Assembly (NCBI GenBank): GCA_046290465.1
Contig: JBKAGP010000001.1
Coordinates: 3,072,001 to 3,136,000, forward strand
Direction: 5' to 3'
DNA length: 64,000 nt
From: Planctomycetota bacterium
GTDB lineage: Bacteria; Planctomycetota; UBA1135; UBA2386
Every line of letters starts with the position of its first letter. Within the stretch, counting starts at the first letter, position 1. The notes below the pieces were generated by a model, which was given only the letters and a program-made list of their open reading frames with translations, was not told the DNA's origin and searched no databases. The position numbers were made by a program, and so were the translations under genes. Below are positions 45,558-55,272 of the stretch, piece by piece.

Positions 45558-46359
45558 CGGTTCCTCCCGTGCCGTCGGCGCCGGCCGCGACGAAGCCGAC
45601 CACCGGATCCAGCAACAGCGGCGCACCGGCGCCGTCGACGGCCCGCGCGTCCTCCATCGCGAGCCGGTCCATCAGGCCACCCGCGCCGGTCAACGCGACC
45701 GGCAGCGCCGTCAGCGCGTGCACCGACGCCAGCGCCGAGACCGTCGCCGTGGCGTCGGCCATCGTCGTGCTCAGGGTCACGCGCGTCGCCGCGTCGGCAG
45801 TCCGCCAGCGGCGCTTGGCGACCGCGTAGTCGCGCATCGCGTTCCGCATCTGCACCACGTCGCCCGCCGACATCGAACCCGCGAGCCGGAACGAGCTGCG
45901 CAGCAGCACCGCGCGCAGCACGCGCAGGCGCAGGCGCTGCCGCACCCGCAGCTGGGTCTCGGCGGCGACGTCGAGCACGAGGTCGTCGGCGGTGCCGAGT
46001 TGTCGGTCGACGCCCCGGCTGCGCAGCCGCAGGTCGGTGCCGACGCGCGCGTAGTCGAGCGCTTCGCCGTGGCCGAACGGATCGCGCCGCCACGGGCCGT
46101 CGACGGCGAGCCCGGCAGCCGTCGACAGCGCGTCCAGATCGACCGGGAACGCGCCGGTGCGGCGGAATGCCGTGCGCGCCGCCGCCTGCGCGGTCTCCAG
46201 GTTGCCGACCGACAGCGCCTGGCGTTCGCGCAGCGTCGGCAGGTAGGCCTCGACGGCCAGCAGCAGGCCGACGCTGCCGATGCCGACCACGGCCAGCAGC
46301 ACGATCAGCGCGAAGCCCGGCTCATCACCGGCGGCAGCAGGGTCACGGCGGTGGTTCAC
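45544..46359 (-). CDS. Minor pseudopilin-like protein lacking Glu5
   Basis: PG|FALIVLLAVV; DPFG...SRGVDRQLGTADDL. GTG start overlaps the stop of the F-protein gene. Confidence 0.7.
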   Translation of the reverse strand: MNHRRDPAAAGDEPGFALIVLLAVVGIGSVGLLLAVEAYLPTLRERQALSVGNLETAQAAARTAFRRTGAFPVDLDALSTAAGLAVDGPWRRDPFGHGEALDYARVGTDLRLRSRGVDRQLGTADDLVLDVAAETQLRVRQRLRLRVLRAVLLRSSFRLAGSMSAGDVVQMRNAMRDYAVAKRRWRTADAATRVTLSTTMADATATVSALASVHALTALPVALTGAGGLMDRLAMEDARAVDGAGAPLLLDPVVGFVAAGADGTGGTDDDM

Positions 46360-47561
46360 TTGCCGATCCCCTTCATCGCCGAGTAGATGGTCATGACGAC
46401 GAGCACGGCGACGCCCCCGACCACGACGCCGAGCAGCACGGTGACCAGCGGCTCCATCAGGCCGAGCGCCTTCTTGACCGCCGCCTTGACCTCGCGGTCG
46501 TAGAGCCGCCCGAGGCGTTCGAACGTGATCGGCAGGCGGCCCGCCTCCTCGCCGACCTTGACCATGCTCATCGCGACGGGCGGCAGCACCTCCTCTTCTT
46601 CGAGCGCCTCCGCGAGCCGGGCACCGCCGAGGATCCGCTCGCGCGCGGCGTCGATGCGTTCGCGCAGGTCGGGCAGCGCGACCGCGCCGGCGCCGAGCTG
46701 CAGCGCGTTGGTCATCGTCAGGCCCGAGTTGAGCAGCACGCTGAAGGTGCGCGCGAACTGCGCGACGGCGAGCGTGCGCACGACGTTGCTGACGACCGGC
46801 AGGCCGCTCAACAGGTCGAGGAACCGCCCGACCAGCGCCGGCACGCGCATCATCCAGACGAACCCGACCGCGGCGCCGATCGACGCCAGCACGATCCACA
46901 GGATGTTGCCCGCGACGAACGAGGACGCCTCGATCAGCACCACGCTCGCGGCCGGCAGGTCGTTGCCGATCTTGCTCAGCACCTCGCCGAGGCGCGGGAT
47001 CACGAACGACAGCATGAACAGCACCATCCCGTAGCCGGCGGCGGCGACGACGGCCGGGTAGACCATCGCCTGCTTGACCGTTCCGGCGATCTCGATCTTC
47101 CACTCCAGGAAGCCGGCCATCGAGCGCAGTACCGACGGCAGGCTGCCGGACTGTTCGCCGGCGCGCACCAGCGAGCAGTAGATGCCGGGAAACGCGCGTG
47201 GGTGCGCCTCGAGCGCGTCCGACAGCATCTGCCCGGTCGCGACCCGTTCGCCGAGGTCGTCGAGCATCTCGGCGATGCGGTCGTCGTCCTCCTGGTCGGC
47301 GATCGCCTCGAACGTGCTCAGCAGCGGCACCCCGGCATCGAGCGCCTCGTGGAGCGCCTGCGTCAACAGCAGCAGCCGCCGAGGTGCCAGATGCACGTCG
47401 ACGGCCTCACGCTGCTCGCGCACCTTGTCCAGCGGGACCAGCCGCAACAACGTGCGGCCGTCACCGTGCAGCGAACTGTGCAGCGACTGTTCGTCCGGTG
47501 CCTCGAGCACCGCAGTGGACGTGCTGCCGTCCGGTTCCAGGATTGTCGAGCGGTAGCGCAT
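46356..47561 (-). CDS. Type II secretion system F / PilC platform protein
   Basis: AGVPLL, RAGEQSGSL, AMVYPAVV, VGEEAGRL, LMEPLV. Confidence 0.93.
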   Translation of the reverse strand: MRYRSTILEPDGSTSTAVLEAPDEQSLHSSLHGDGRTLLRLVPLDKVREQREAVDVHLAPRRLLLLTQALHEALDAGVPLLSTFEAIADQEDDDRIAEMLDDLGERVATGQMLSDALEAHPRAFPGIYCSLVRAGEQSGSLPSVLRSMAGFLEWKIEIAGTVKQAMVYPAVVAAAGYGMVLFMLSFVIPRLGEVLSKIGNDLPAASVVLIEASSFVAGNILWIVLASIGAAVGFVWMMRVPALVGRFLDLLSGLPVVSNVVRTLAVAQFARTFSVLLNSGLTMTNALQLGAGAVALPDLRERIDAARERILGGARLAEALEEEEVLPPVAMSMVKVGEEAGRLPITFERLGRLYDREVKAAVKKALGLMEPLVTVLLGVVVGGVAVLVVMTIYSAMKGIGK

Positions 47562-47644
47562 CTGGGGGGATGCCTCCGACCACGGGAGGATGGGTTTGCG
47601 TGCGAGGCGACCGACTCTCCAGCTCGGCCACCCGCGCGCCGCGG

Positions 47645-48292
47645 CTACTGCCGCTGCGTCAGGAGCACGCCGATGTCGTCACCGGCGAGTTCGTCGGTGG
47701 CGCGGGCGCGGTAGTTGGTGTTGAAGCGACCGTCAGGACCGGCGGAGACGACCCAGACGCGCTTGTAGTTGGTCGCGTCGGTGCGCCAGCCGCTCAGCAC
47801 GTTGATGACGTAGGGACGACCCCACGGATCGACCGGCGTCGAACCGGCGACGTACGGACCGCGCCAGCGCATGTTGCCGGTCGAGGCGTACGCGCCGCTG
47901 GTCGAGCCCTGCGGCTGGTTGACCAGCAGGTGGTTGTCCAGCTGGTCGCCGCGCTGCGCGTTGCGCGCCCACGCGCTCCACCGGTGGTTGTTGCTCCACG
48001 GGTTCGACGTCAGCGCCGGCCCGGTGTAGAGCGTGTAGAGGTAGTTGTTGGTGCCCGAGCTGTTGCGCGCCGGGTAGACGCCGACGTCCTTGTACATCTT
48101 GCCGACCGCGGCCATCACGACCTTGATCTCGGCTTCGGCGCGCGCACGACGGCCGTCCTCCATGTAGCTGCTCAGCATCGGCACCGCGATGCCGGTCAGC
48201 AGCAGGACGACGGAGAGCACAACGATGACTTCGACGAGCGTGAAACCGCCTTGGAGAGCGCGGCGGTCGACGTTGCTTGCAGTCCTGGTCAT
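47645..48292 (-). CDS. GspG-like major pseudopilin/prepilin
   Basis: GG|FTLVEVIVVL; WRGPY...DPWGRPY; SAGPDG. Confidence 0.88.
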   Translation of the reverse strand: MTRTASNVDRRALQGGFTLVEVIVVLSVVLLLTGIAVPMLSSYMEDGRRARAEAEIKVVMAAVGKMYKDVGVYPARNSSGTNNYLYTLYTGPALTSNPWSNNHRWSAWARNAQRGDQLDNHLLVNQPQGSTSGAYASTGNMRWRGPYVAGSTPVDPWGRPYVINVLSGWRTDATNYKRVWVVSAGPDGRFNTNYRARATDELAGDDIGVLLTQRQ

Positions 48293-48409
48293 GCCCAGCG
48301 CATCGGCGTCTCCCGGCCCGAAAACTTAGGCCACCGGACGGATTCCTCGTGTTCGCCCCTACGCACATTGCGGCTCACGTGCCGATCCAGCCGATGCCGA
48401 TGCACGCAC

Positions 48410-50083
48410 ATGGTCCGATCCGGGGACGATCCGCTCGACGTGCTGTCCGCAACCGAGGACGACGACCGCCAGTTCCTCGAAGCCGCGCTGAAGAAGGGCG
48501 AGGGCAGCGAGGCGGCAACGATCGAAGGCCTCGTCAGCAAGGGCATGATCTCGCTCGAGCGGGCCTACCGGATCTGGGCCGAGATGCTCGGACTGAGCTT
48601 CCACGGGCTCGAGGAGCACACGCTCGACCACCGGCTGCGCCACCGCCTGCCGGTCGACCTGGCGCTGCGCCACCACGCGGTCGTCGTCGCCGAGGACGAC
48701 GGCATCCTCTCGGTCGCGCTGAAGAACCCGTTCGAGCTGCTGGCGATCGACGAGATCCAGGAGGTCACCGGCATGCCCGTCGAGGTCGTGCTGTCGACGC
48801 CAACCGCGATCGCTGCGGCTCTGGACCGCGTGCAGAAGGGGTCGTCGGGGATCGAGGGCCTGATCCAGCGCCTGCTCAAGTCCGAGATCGACAGCGCCAA
48901 CGTCGACGCCGACAAGCTGCGCACGCTGGTCGGTGACGACGCCGTGATCCAGCTGGTCGACCACCTGATCGAGGAGGGCATGCGTGCCCGCGCCAGCGAC
49001 ATCCACATCGAGCCGCAGCGCGACGGCCTGCGCGTGCGGATCCGCGTCGACGGCGACCTCGACACGCTCTACATGCTGCCGGCCGGCCTGCACCGCGCGG
49101 TCGTCGCGCGGGTCAAGGTGTCGTCGGGCATGGACATCGGCGAGAGCCGCAAGCCGCAGGACGGCCGCATCGGGGTCAGCGACAAGGTCGAACTGCGCGT
49201 ATCGGTGCTGCCGAGCGTGCTCGGCGAGAAGGCGGTCATGCGCGTGCTCGACCGTTCGGGCATCACGCTCGATCCGGCCAAGCTCGGCATGACGCAGCAC
49301 AACCTCGACCTGTTCCGTCGCGGCTTCACCGCGCCGAACGGGATCGTGCTGCTGACCGGCCCGACCGGCTCGGGCAAGACCACGACGCTCTACACCGCGA
49401 TGGCCGAGCTCAACCAGCCCGACACCAACCTGGTGACCGTCGAGGACCCGGTCGAGTACGAGCTGTCGGGCACCACCCAGGTCCAGGTCGACGTCAAGGC
49501 CGAGCGCACGTTCGCCAGCGCGCTGCGCGCGATCCTGCGCCAGGACCCCGACATCTGCATGGTCGGCGAAATCCGCGACGCCGAGACCGCGTCGATCGCG
49601 GTGCAGGCGGCGCTGACCGGCCACCTCGTGCTGAGCACGCTGCACACCAACGACGCGCTGTCGACGATCCACCGGCTGTGCGACATGGGGGTCGCCCCCT
49701 ACCTGCTCGGCCCCGCGCTGCGCTGCGTGGTCGGCCAGCGCCTGGTGCCGAGGATCTGCGGCGAGTGCGCCGAACCCGCCTCGCCCGAGCCGACCGTTCG
49801 CCAGGAGTTCGGCCTGGGCCCGGACGAAGGCCACGGCTTCCGCCAGGGCGCCGGCTGCCAGGCCTGCCGCGGTCGCGGCAAGCGCGGCCGCGTCGCGATC
49901 CACGAAGTGCTCTACGTCAGCCCCGCACTCGCCTCCGCCATCAGCCGCGCCGCCTCCGAAGACGACCTGCAACGCCTCGCCGACGAAGCCGGTTACGTCC
50001 GCATGATGCAGGACGGCCTCGACAAGGCCCAACAAGGCCTCGTCACCCTAGAAGACGTCCTAGCCGTAGCCCGCTCCGACTGA
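48410..50083 (+). CDS. GspE/PilB family assembly ATPase
   Basis: ASDIHIEP, PQDGR, GPTGSGKTTT, EDPVEY, LRQDPD, GEIRD, TGHLVLSTLH, CxxC...CxxC Zn site. Confidence 0.95.
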   Translation: MVRSGDDPLDVLSATEDDDRQFLEAALKKGEGSEAATIEGLVSKGMISLERAYRIWAEMLGLSFHGLEEHTLDHRLRHRLPVDLALRHHAVVVAEDDGILSVALKNPFELLAIDEIQEVTGMPVEVVLSTPTAIAAALDRVQKGSSGIEGLIQRLLKSEIDSANVDADKLRTLVGDDAVIQLVDHLIEEGMRARASDIHIEPQRDGLRVRIRVDGDLDTLYMLPAGLHRAVVARVKVSSGMDIGESRKPQDGRIGVSDKVELRVSVLPSVLGEKAVMRVLDRSGITLDPAKLGMTQHNLDLFRRGFTAPNGIVLLTGPTGSGKTTTLYTAMAELNQPDTNLVTVEDPVEYELSGTTQVQVDVKAERTFASALRAILRQDPDICMVGEIRDAETASIAVQAALTGHLVLSTLHTNDALSTIHRLCDMGVAPYLLGPALRCVVGQRLVPRICGECAEPASPEPTVRQEFGLGPDEGHGFRQGAGCQACRGRGKRGRVAIHEVLYVSPALASAISRAASEDDLQRLADEAGYVRMMQDGLDKAQQGLVTLEDVLAVARSD

Positions 50084-50086
50084 CAC

Positions 50087-50171
50087 CGCATACCGAACCG
50101 GGTTCATGTTGCGCCACTTGGGCGCGCATACCGAACCCGGTTCAAGCTGCGCCCCGGTTCACGTTGCGCCA
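50087..50171. repeat. Short intergenic compound repeat
   Basis: CGCATACCGAACC(G/C)GGTTCA twice (50087, 50125); GGTTCAnGyTGCGCC three times (50101, 50139, 50156). Confidence 0.7.
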
Positions 50172-50249
50172 TTGCTGCGAACGCGCCAGCTGGGCCGGGT
50201 CAGCTTCATCGGGCCGCGCAGCGTAGCGGCGACGCGCCCGCCGCGCCGC

Positions 50250-50588
50250 TCAGGAGCTCCGCTTCGCCGCGTTCGCCTCGAACTGCTCGCGCGCCCGCCC
50301 CTTCTCCAGGCGGTAGCGACGCCGCCGCGTCGGCCACAAGAACATTACCAGCGCTACGCCGCCCACCCACAGCAGCGGTTCGAGGAAGTCGCGCGTGATG
50401 CCGTAGCCGGTCGCGTAGAACACCAGCAGGACCAGCAGCACGCCGATGCGTTCTTGCGTCACGAGGTGCCTGCGGTCGTTCGTGCGCATGCTGCCAGCCG
50501 GCGGCAGCGAATCCCCCTGCGACCGGTAGCGCCGATTGAACGGCTGCGCCGGCTTCGGGGTCTGTGGCTCGATCGGCTGATGGGACAT
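50250..50588 (-). CDS. Small two-TM membrane protein
   Basis: Two hydrophobic segments and a basic C-terminus; purine-rich AGAGAGGAG upstream. Confidence 0.6.
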   Translation of the reverse strand: MSHQPIEPQTPKPAQPFNRRYRSQGDSLPPAGSMRTNDRRHLVTQERIGVLLVLLVFYATGYGITRDFLEPLLWVGGVALVMFLWPTRRRRYRLEKGRAREQFEANAAKRSS

Positions 50589-50679
50589 CTGCTCGGCTCC
50601 TCTCTGCTGGATGATACCGCCTGGGGCAGGCGCGGTTACCGCCGCCGCCCCGGGGTATTGGCAGATTGGCGCCGCAGCG

Positions 50680-53298
50680 TCACTTCGCGACGAAGTTCAC
50701 CAGCTTGTTGGGCACGAAGATCTCCTTGACCACGTTCTTGCCCTCGAGCCACTTCGCCGCGGCCTCGCGCGCCGCCGCCAGCGCGTCGTCCTTGGCGCAG
50801 CCGTTCGGCAGCTTGACGCGCGCGCGCACCTTGCCGAGCACCTGCACGACCACCTCGACTTCGTCGTCGACCAGCAGCTTCTCGTCGACGCCCGGCCACC
50901 TGGCATGGCTCAGCGAACCCTCGCCGCCGAGGCGCTGCCACAGCTCCTCGCCCAGGTGCGGCGCGAACGGCTGCAGGATCTGCACGAACCGCAGCAGCTG
51001 GTCGCGCGACAGCTTGTCGACGTTCTTGGTCGCCTCGTTGACGAAGATCATCATCGCCGCGATCGCCGTGTTGAACGCCATGCGCTCGATGTCGCCGGTG
51101 ACCTTGTGCACCGTGCGGTGCAGCTGCTTCTCGAGGTCCGCGTCGCCGTCGCGATTGGTCGCCAGCCACGCGTGCACCTGGCCCTTCTCGGCGAACTCCG
51201 GCACACACAGGCGCCAGACCCGCTGCAGGAAGCGATGCACGCCGGGCACGTCCTTCGGGTTCCACGGCTTGCTGTCCGCGAGCGGCCCCATGTACATCTC
51301 GTAGAGCCGCAGCGTGTCGGCGCCGAACTCCGACACCACGTCGTCCGGGTTGACGACGTTGCCGTAGCGCTTCGACATCTTGGTGACCGTCTGCGTCAGC
51401 TTCTCGCCGGTCTCGGCATGCACGACGTCGTCGCCGTCGACCCTGGTATTGGCCGTCGGCACGATCGCGCCGCGAGCGTCCTGATAGGCGAACGCCTGGA
51501 TCATGCCCTGGTTGTAGAGCTTGTGGAACGGCTCGACGCACGACACGTGGCCCTCGTCATGCAGCACCTTGGTCCAGAAGCGCGAATACAGCAGGTGGCC
51601 GACCGCGTGCTCGGTGCCGCCGACGTAGAGGTCGACCGGCAGCCAGTAGTCGCTCGCCGCCTTGCTGCAGAACTCCTGGTCGTTCTTCGGATCGCAGAAC
51701 CGCAGGAAGTACCAGCTCGAGCCGGCAGCCCCCGGCATCGTGTTGATCTCACGCTTCGCCGGCCGCCCTTGCGCGTCGGTCGTGTCGACCCAGTCGGTCG
51801 CACGGATCAGCGGCGACTCCGGCTGCCCGCCCGGCTTGAAGTCGTCCATGTCCGGCAGCGTCACCGGCAACTGGTCGTCGGCGACCAGCGCGACGCCGTC
51901 GTCGGTGTGCAGCACCGGGAACGGCTCACCCCAGTAGCGCTGACGGCTGAACAGCCAGTCGCGGATCTTGTAGGTGATCTTGGCCTCGCCGCGCCCCTCG
52001 GCCACCAGCCAGTCGATGATCGCGCGCTTGCCGTCGGCCATCGACAGGCCGGCCAGCGCGATCTTGCCGTCGTGCGTCCGGCAGTGCTCGGCATACGGCA
52101 CCTCGTCGGTGCAGACCTCGTCGCCCGCCGCGATGCGCGCGTCGCGTTCGGCGTCGTCGCTGCTCGGCGCGAAGATGCCCGGGATCTCGATCTCGAACTT
52201 CTGCGCAAACTCGAAGTCGCGCTCGTCGCCGGCGGGCACCGCCATGATCGCGCCGGTGCCGTAGCTGACGATCACGTAGTCGGCGATCCAGATCGGGATG
52301 CGGCCCTTGGGGTCGTCCTCGGCGAACAGCGGGTTGTGCGCGTAGGCGCCGGTCCAGACACCGCTCTTGTCCTTGGCCAGATCGGTGCGCTCGAGTTCGC
52401 TCTTGGCCGCCGCGGCCTTGACGTAGTCGTCGACGGCCTGCCGCTGCCCCTCGGTCGTGATCTTCGCGACCAGCGCGTGCTCGGGTGCCAGCACCATGAA
52501 CGACGCGCCGAACAGCGTGTCCGGTCGCGTCGTGAACACGCGCAGGCGCTCGTCATGGCCGTCGACGTCGAACTCGATCTCGGCGCCTTCGCTCTTGCCG
52601 ATCCACTCGCGCTGCATCGTCTTGAGCGACTCGGACCAGTCCAGGCCGTCGAGATCCTGCAGCAGGCGCTCGGCGTACTCGGTGATCTTGAGCACCCACT
52701 GGCGCAGCGGCCGACGCTCGCACGGGTGGTCGCCGCGTTCGCTGCGGCCGTTGATGACCTCGTCGTTGGCGAGCACCGTGCCGAGCGCTTCACACCACCA
52801 GACCGGCGCGCTGGACTCGTAGGCGAGGCCGCGCTCGTGCAGCTTCTTGAAGATCCACTGCGTCCACTTGAAGTAGTCGGGATCGCATGTGCCGACCTCG
52901 CGATCCCAGTCGTAGCTGAAGCCGAGCGTCTGCAGCTGACGCCGGAACGTCTCGATGTTCGCGGCCGTGGTCTTCGACGGGTGCGTGTTGGTCTGGATCG
53001 CGTACTGCTCGGCCGGCAGGCCAAACGCGTCCCACCCCATCGGGTGCAGCACGTTGTGGCCGGTCGCCCGCTTGTAGCGCGACACGATGTCGGTCGCGGT
53101 GTAGCCCTCGGGGTGGCCGACGTGCAGGCCGGCCGCCGACGGATACGGAAACATGTCGAGCGCGTAGAACTTCGGCTGCTGCGGGTCGAAGTCCGGGTCA
53201 CCCGGGTTCTTGGCGCGGAACGTCTTGTTCTCGCTCCAGAACTGCTGCCACTTGGGTTCGATGGCGGCCGGGTCGTACGTCTGCTTCTGCTCGGTCAT
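50680..53298 (-). CDS. leuS: Leucine--tRNA ligase
   Basis: MFPYPSAAGLHVGH (HIGH), GWDAFGLPAE, FTTRPDT, GTGAIMAVP editing domain, SRQRYWGEP, KMSKR. Confidence 0.97.
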   Translation of the reverse strand: MTEQKQTYDPAAIEPKWQQFWSENKTFRAKNPGDPDFDPQQPKFYALDMFPYPSAAGLHVGHPEGYTATDIVSRYKRATGHNVLHPMGWDAFGLPAEQYAIQTNTHPSKTTAANIETFRRQLQTLGFSYDWDREVGTCDPDYFKWTQWIFKKLHERGLAYESSAPVWWCEALGTVLANDEVINGRSERGDHPCERRPLRQWVLKITEYAERLLQDLDGLDWSESLKTMQREWIGKSEGAEIEFDVDGHDERLRVFTTRPDTLFGASFMVLAPEHALVAKITTEGQRQAVDDYVKAAAAKSELERTDLAKDKSGVWTGAYAHNPLFAEDDPKGRIPIWIADYVIVSYGTGAIMAVPAGDERDFEFAQKFEIEIPGIFAPSSDDAERDARIAAGDEVCTDEVPYAEHCRTHDGKIALAGLSMADGKRAIIDWLVAEGRGEAKITYKIRDWLFSRQRYWGEPFPVLHTDDGVALVADDQLPVTLPDMDDFKPGGQPESPLIRATDWVDTTDAQGRPAKREINTMPGAAGSSWYFLRFCDPKNDQEFCSKAASDYWLPVDLYVGGTEHAVGHLLYSRFWTKVLHDEGHVSCVEPFHKLYNQGMIQAFAYQDARGAIVPTANTRVDGDDVVHAETGEKLTQTVTKMSKRYGNVVNPDDVVSEFGADTLRLYEMYMGPLADSKPWNPKDVPGVHRFLQRVWRLCVPEFAEKGQVHAWLATNRDGDADLEKQLHRTVHKVTGDIERMAFNTAIAAMMIFVNEATKNVDKLSRDQLLRFVQILQPFAPHLGEELWQRLGGEGSLSHARWPGVDEKLLVDDEVEVVVQVLGKVRARVKLPNGCAKDDALAAAREAAAKWLEGKNVVKEIFVPNKLVNFVAK

Positions 53299-53381
53299 GG
53301 CTGTCTGAGGGCGAAGCAGTATGCCGGGCGCGGCGGAGCTGCGCATGCGCGAATCGGGCGATGTCGCCCGTCGGCGCGCCG

Positions 53382-53467
53382 CTAGGAGCGCGTCCATGTA
53401 GTGGACGCGCTGCCAACCGTGATCGCGGAAGCGGCGTGTACGCCGGCGGACGGGGCTTTGCCCGCTA
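53382..53467 (+). repeat. 83-bp palindromic element, copy 4
   Basis: CTAG at 53382 and CTA at 53465; sequence nearly identical to copy 1. Confidence 0.9.
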
Positions 53468-54595
53468 CTGCCGCAGCACCTGGACCACGCCGACGAACTG
53501 CGGCCGGGCCACCCGCCGGTGCCGCTCCGACAACCGCTCGTTCAGCTCGCGCGGCGCCCTGGCCCATTCCTGCAGCTCCTCGCGCCACTGCTGGCGGCGC
53601 GCCATCGCGTCCGGATCGTCGAGCGGCGGCCGGGTGCGGTTGAGTTCGGTCAGCAAGTCGTGCACGACGTCGAGCATCCGCCTGGCGGCACGCAGCTGCT
53701 GGCGTTCGGCAGCGAGCACGGCGTCGGACAGCTCGAGCTTGGGGACGCGCCGGTGGTTGCCGAGCAGCACATCGGGACGGCCGTCACCGTCCCAGTCGGC
53801 AGCCGCGATCCGCAGCGGCACGTTGGGCGCGTCGAGTTCGGCGACGCGACGCGGCTGCAGGCGGCCGCCATCACGCTGCAGAACGTGCACGCCGTCGCGG
53901 TCCTGCGTCAGCAGATCGAGGTCGCCATCGCCGTCCCAGTCGACCGCCGCAAAGCCGCGGCTGGTCGCGCCGATCCGCACCGCCTCGGCCTGAAAGCCGC
54001 CGGCGACGCCGCGGTGCAGCACCAGCGCGGGGGTCGAGACGAGCAGGTCGCGCACGCCGTCGCCGTCCCAGTCGAGCAGTTCGACGGCGCCGCGCGAGCC
54101 GTCGCGGGGCAGCGACCGGCCGTCGGGCGCGCGCAGTTCGGTGCGGGTTGCAAAGCTGCCGGCGCCGTCATTGGCAAACCACACCGGCAGCGCGTTGACG
54201 CCGATGCCGCCGAGGCCGGCGCACAGCGTCAGCAGGTCGAGGTCGCCGTCGCGGTCGACGTCGACGAGCCGCGGCTCGCAGGCGTTCTCGCAGGTGGGGC
54301 CGGCCTCGATGCTGAGCGGGCGCGCCGCTGCGAATCGTCGCGGCTGCCGCGACAGGCCGCGACGGAGGTCGAAGCGGCCGTTGCGCCCGACCACCAGGTC
54401 CTCGATCCCGTCGCCGTCGACGTCGCCGAGCGCGACCGAGATGCGGTAGTCGTCGCCGACGTCGATCGCGGTCGGGGTCGATACCGTTGGGGATTGGCCC
54501 GTCGGGGTTTGGCCCTTCGGCGTTTGGGCCGTCGCGGTCGGCGCGATGGCGATGGCGAACAGGCAGACGGGTGCGGTCCAGGCGGGCCGGTTCAT
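53465..54595 (-). CDS. Exported FG-GAP/VCBS repeat protein
   Basis: Signal peptide; five D[VW]D[GR]DGxxD repeats. Confidence 0.8.
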   Translation of the reverse strand: MNRPAWTAPVCLFAIAIAPTATAQTPKGQTPTGQSPTVSTPTAIDVGDDYRISVALGDVDGDGIEDLVVGRNGRFDLRRGLSRQPRRFAAARPLSIEAGPTCENACEPRLVDVDRDGDLDLLTLCAGLGGIGVNALPVWFANDGAGSFATRTELRAPDGRSLPRDGSRGAVELLDWDGDGVRDLLVSTPALVLHRGVAGGFQAEAVRIGATSRGFAAVDWDGDGDLDLLTQDRDGVHVLQRDGGRLQPRRVAELDAPNVPLRIAAADWDGDGRPDVLLGNHRRVPKLELSDAVLAAERQQLRAARRMLDVVHDLLTELNRTRPPLDDPDAMARRQQWREELQEWARAPRELNERLSERHRRVARPQFVGVVQVLRQ

Positions 54596-54695
54596 GAGAC
54601 GTTCCTTCCAAGGATGAGGCCGGCCCCGAACGGATCGGGACCCGCGGATCGGGGACGCGGCCGGAACGCGACGCGCCCCGCGGAACTCCGCGATC

Positions 54696-55247
54696 CTACA
54701 GCCAACCGTTCGCGACGGCTTCGCCGACGATCGAACGCACGGTGTCCTCGACCATTCCGGTCATGCCGACCCCGGCGAACGGCAGGGCGAACACGAACAC
54801 CCAGCCGACCCACGTCGAGATCTCGACGTGGCGGTCGATCGCGCCGAGTCGCGTGCCGTTCGCGTCGAGCACGACCGCATGCACGTCGAACTCGTGGTGG
54901 GCCCGCGCCGGCAGCACGCCGAGCGTCAGCGCGCACATCACCATGAACGTGCGGGTCGTCGGCAGCGACTGGCGCTGGTGCTGGATCTCCAGGCGCAGGG
55001 TCCGCTGGGCCGTCTCGGCCTCCGGCGCGGCGACGAACGCAAACCTGCCCGACTCCGTCAACGTGCGCCGGATGACCTGCTGCCAGCCGCGGTCGAACTT
55101 GTCGGGCAGCCCCTGGACCGAGACCGCGAGGCCGTGCGACGGCTCGACGGTCGCGGGCGGCCACGCGTCGAGATACGGCAGTTCGCCGGATTCGAACGAG
55201 GCACAGGCCGGGAGCAGGCAGAGCAACCACAGGGTTATGCTTCGCAT
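54696..55247 (-). CDS. Hypothetical lipoprotein
   Basis: MRSITLWLLCLLPAC lipobox; internal hydrophobic ALTLGVLPA segment. Confidence 0.65.
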   Translation of the reverse strand: MRSITLWLLCLLPACASFESGELPYLDAWPPATVEPSHGLAVSVQGLPDKFDRGWQQVIRRTLTESGRFAFVAAPEAETAQRTLRLEIQHQRQSLPTTRTFMVMCALTLGVLPARAHHEFDVHAVVLDANGTRLGAIDRHVEISTWVGWVFVFALPFAGVGMTGMVEDTVRSIVGEAVANGWL

Positions 55248-55272
55248 GTCGAATACCTCACAACACAAACCG

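Noticed and set aside
51370..51384. KMSKR instead of KMSKS in LeuS
   Set aside because: A minor variation of the class I motif with the catalytic Lys retained; no sign of altered function.
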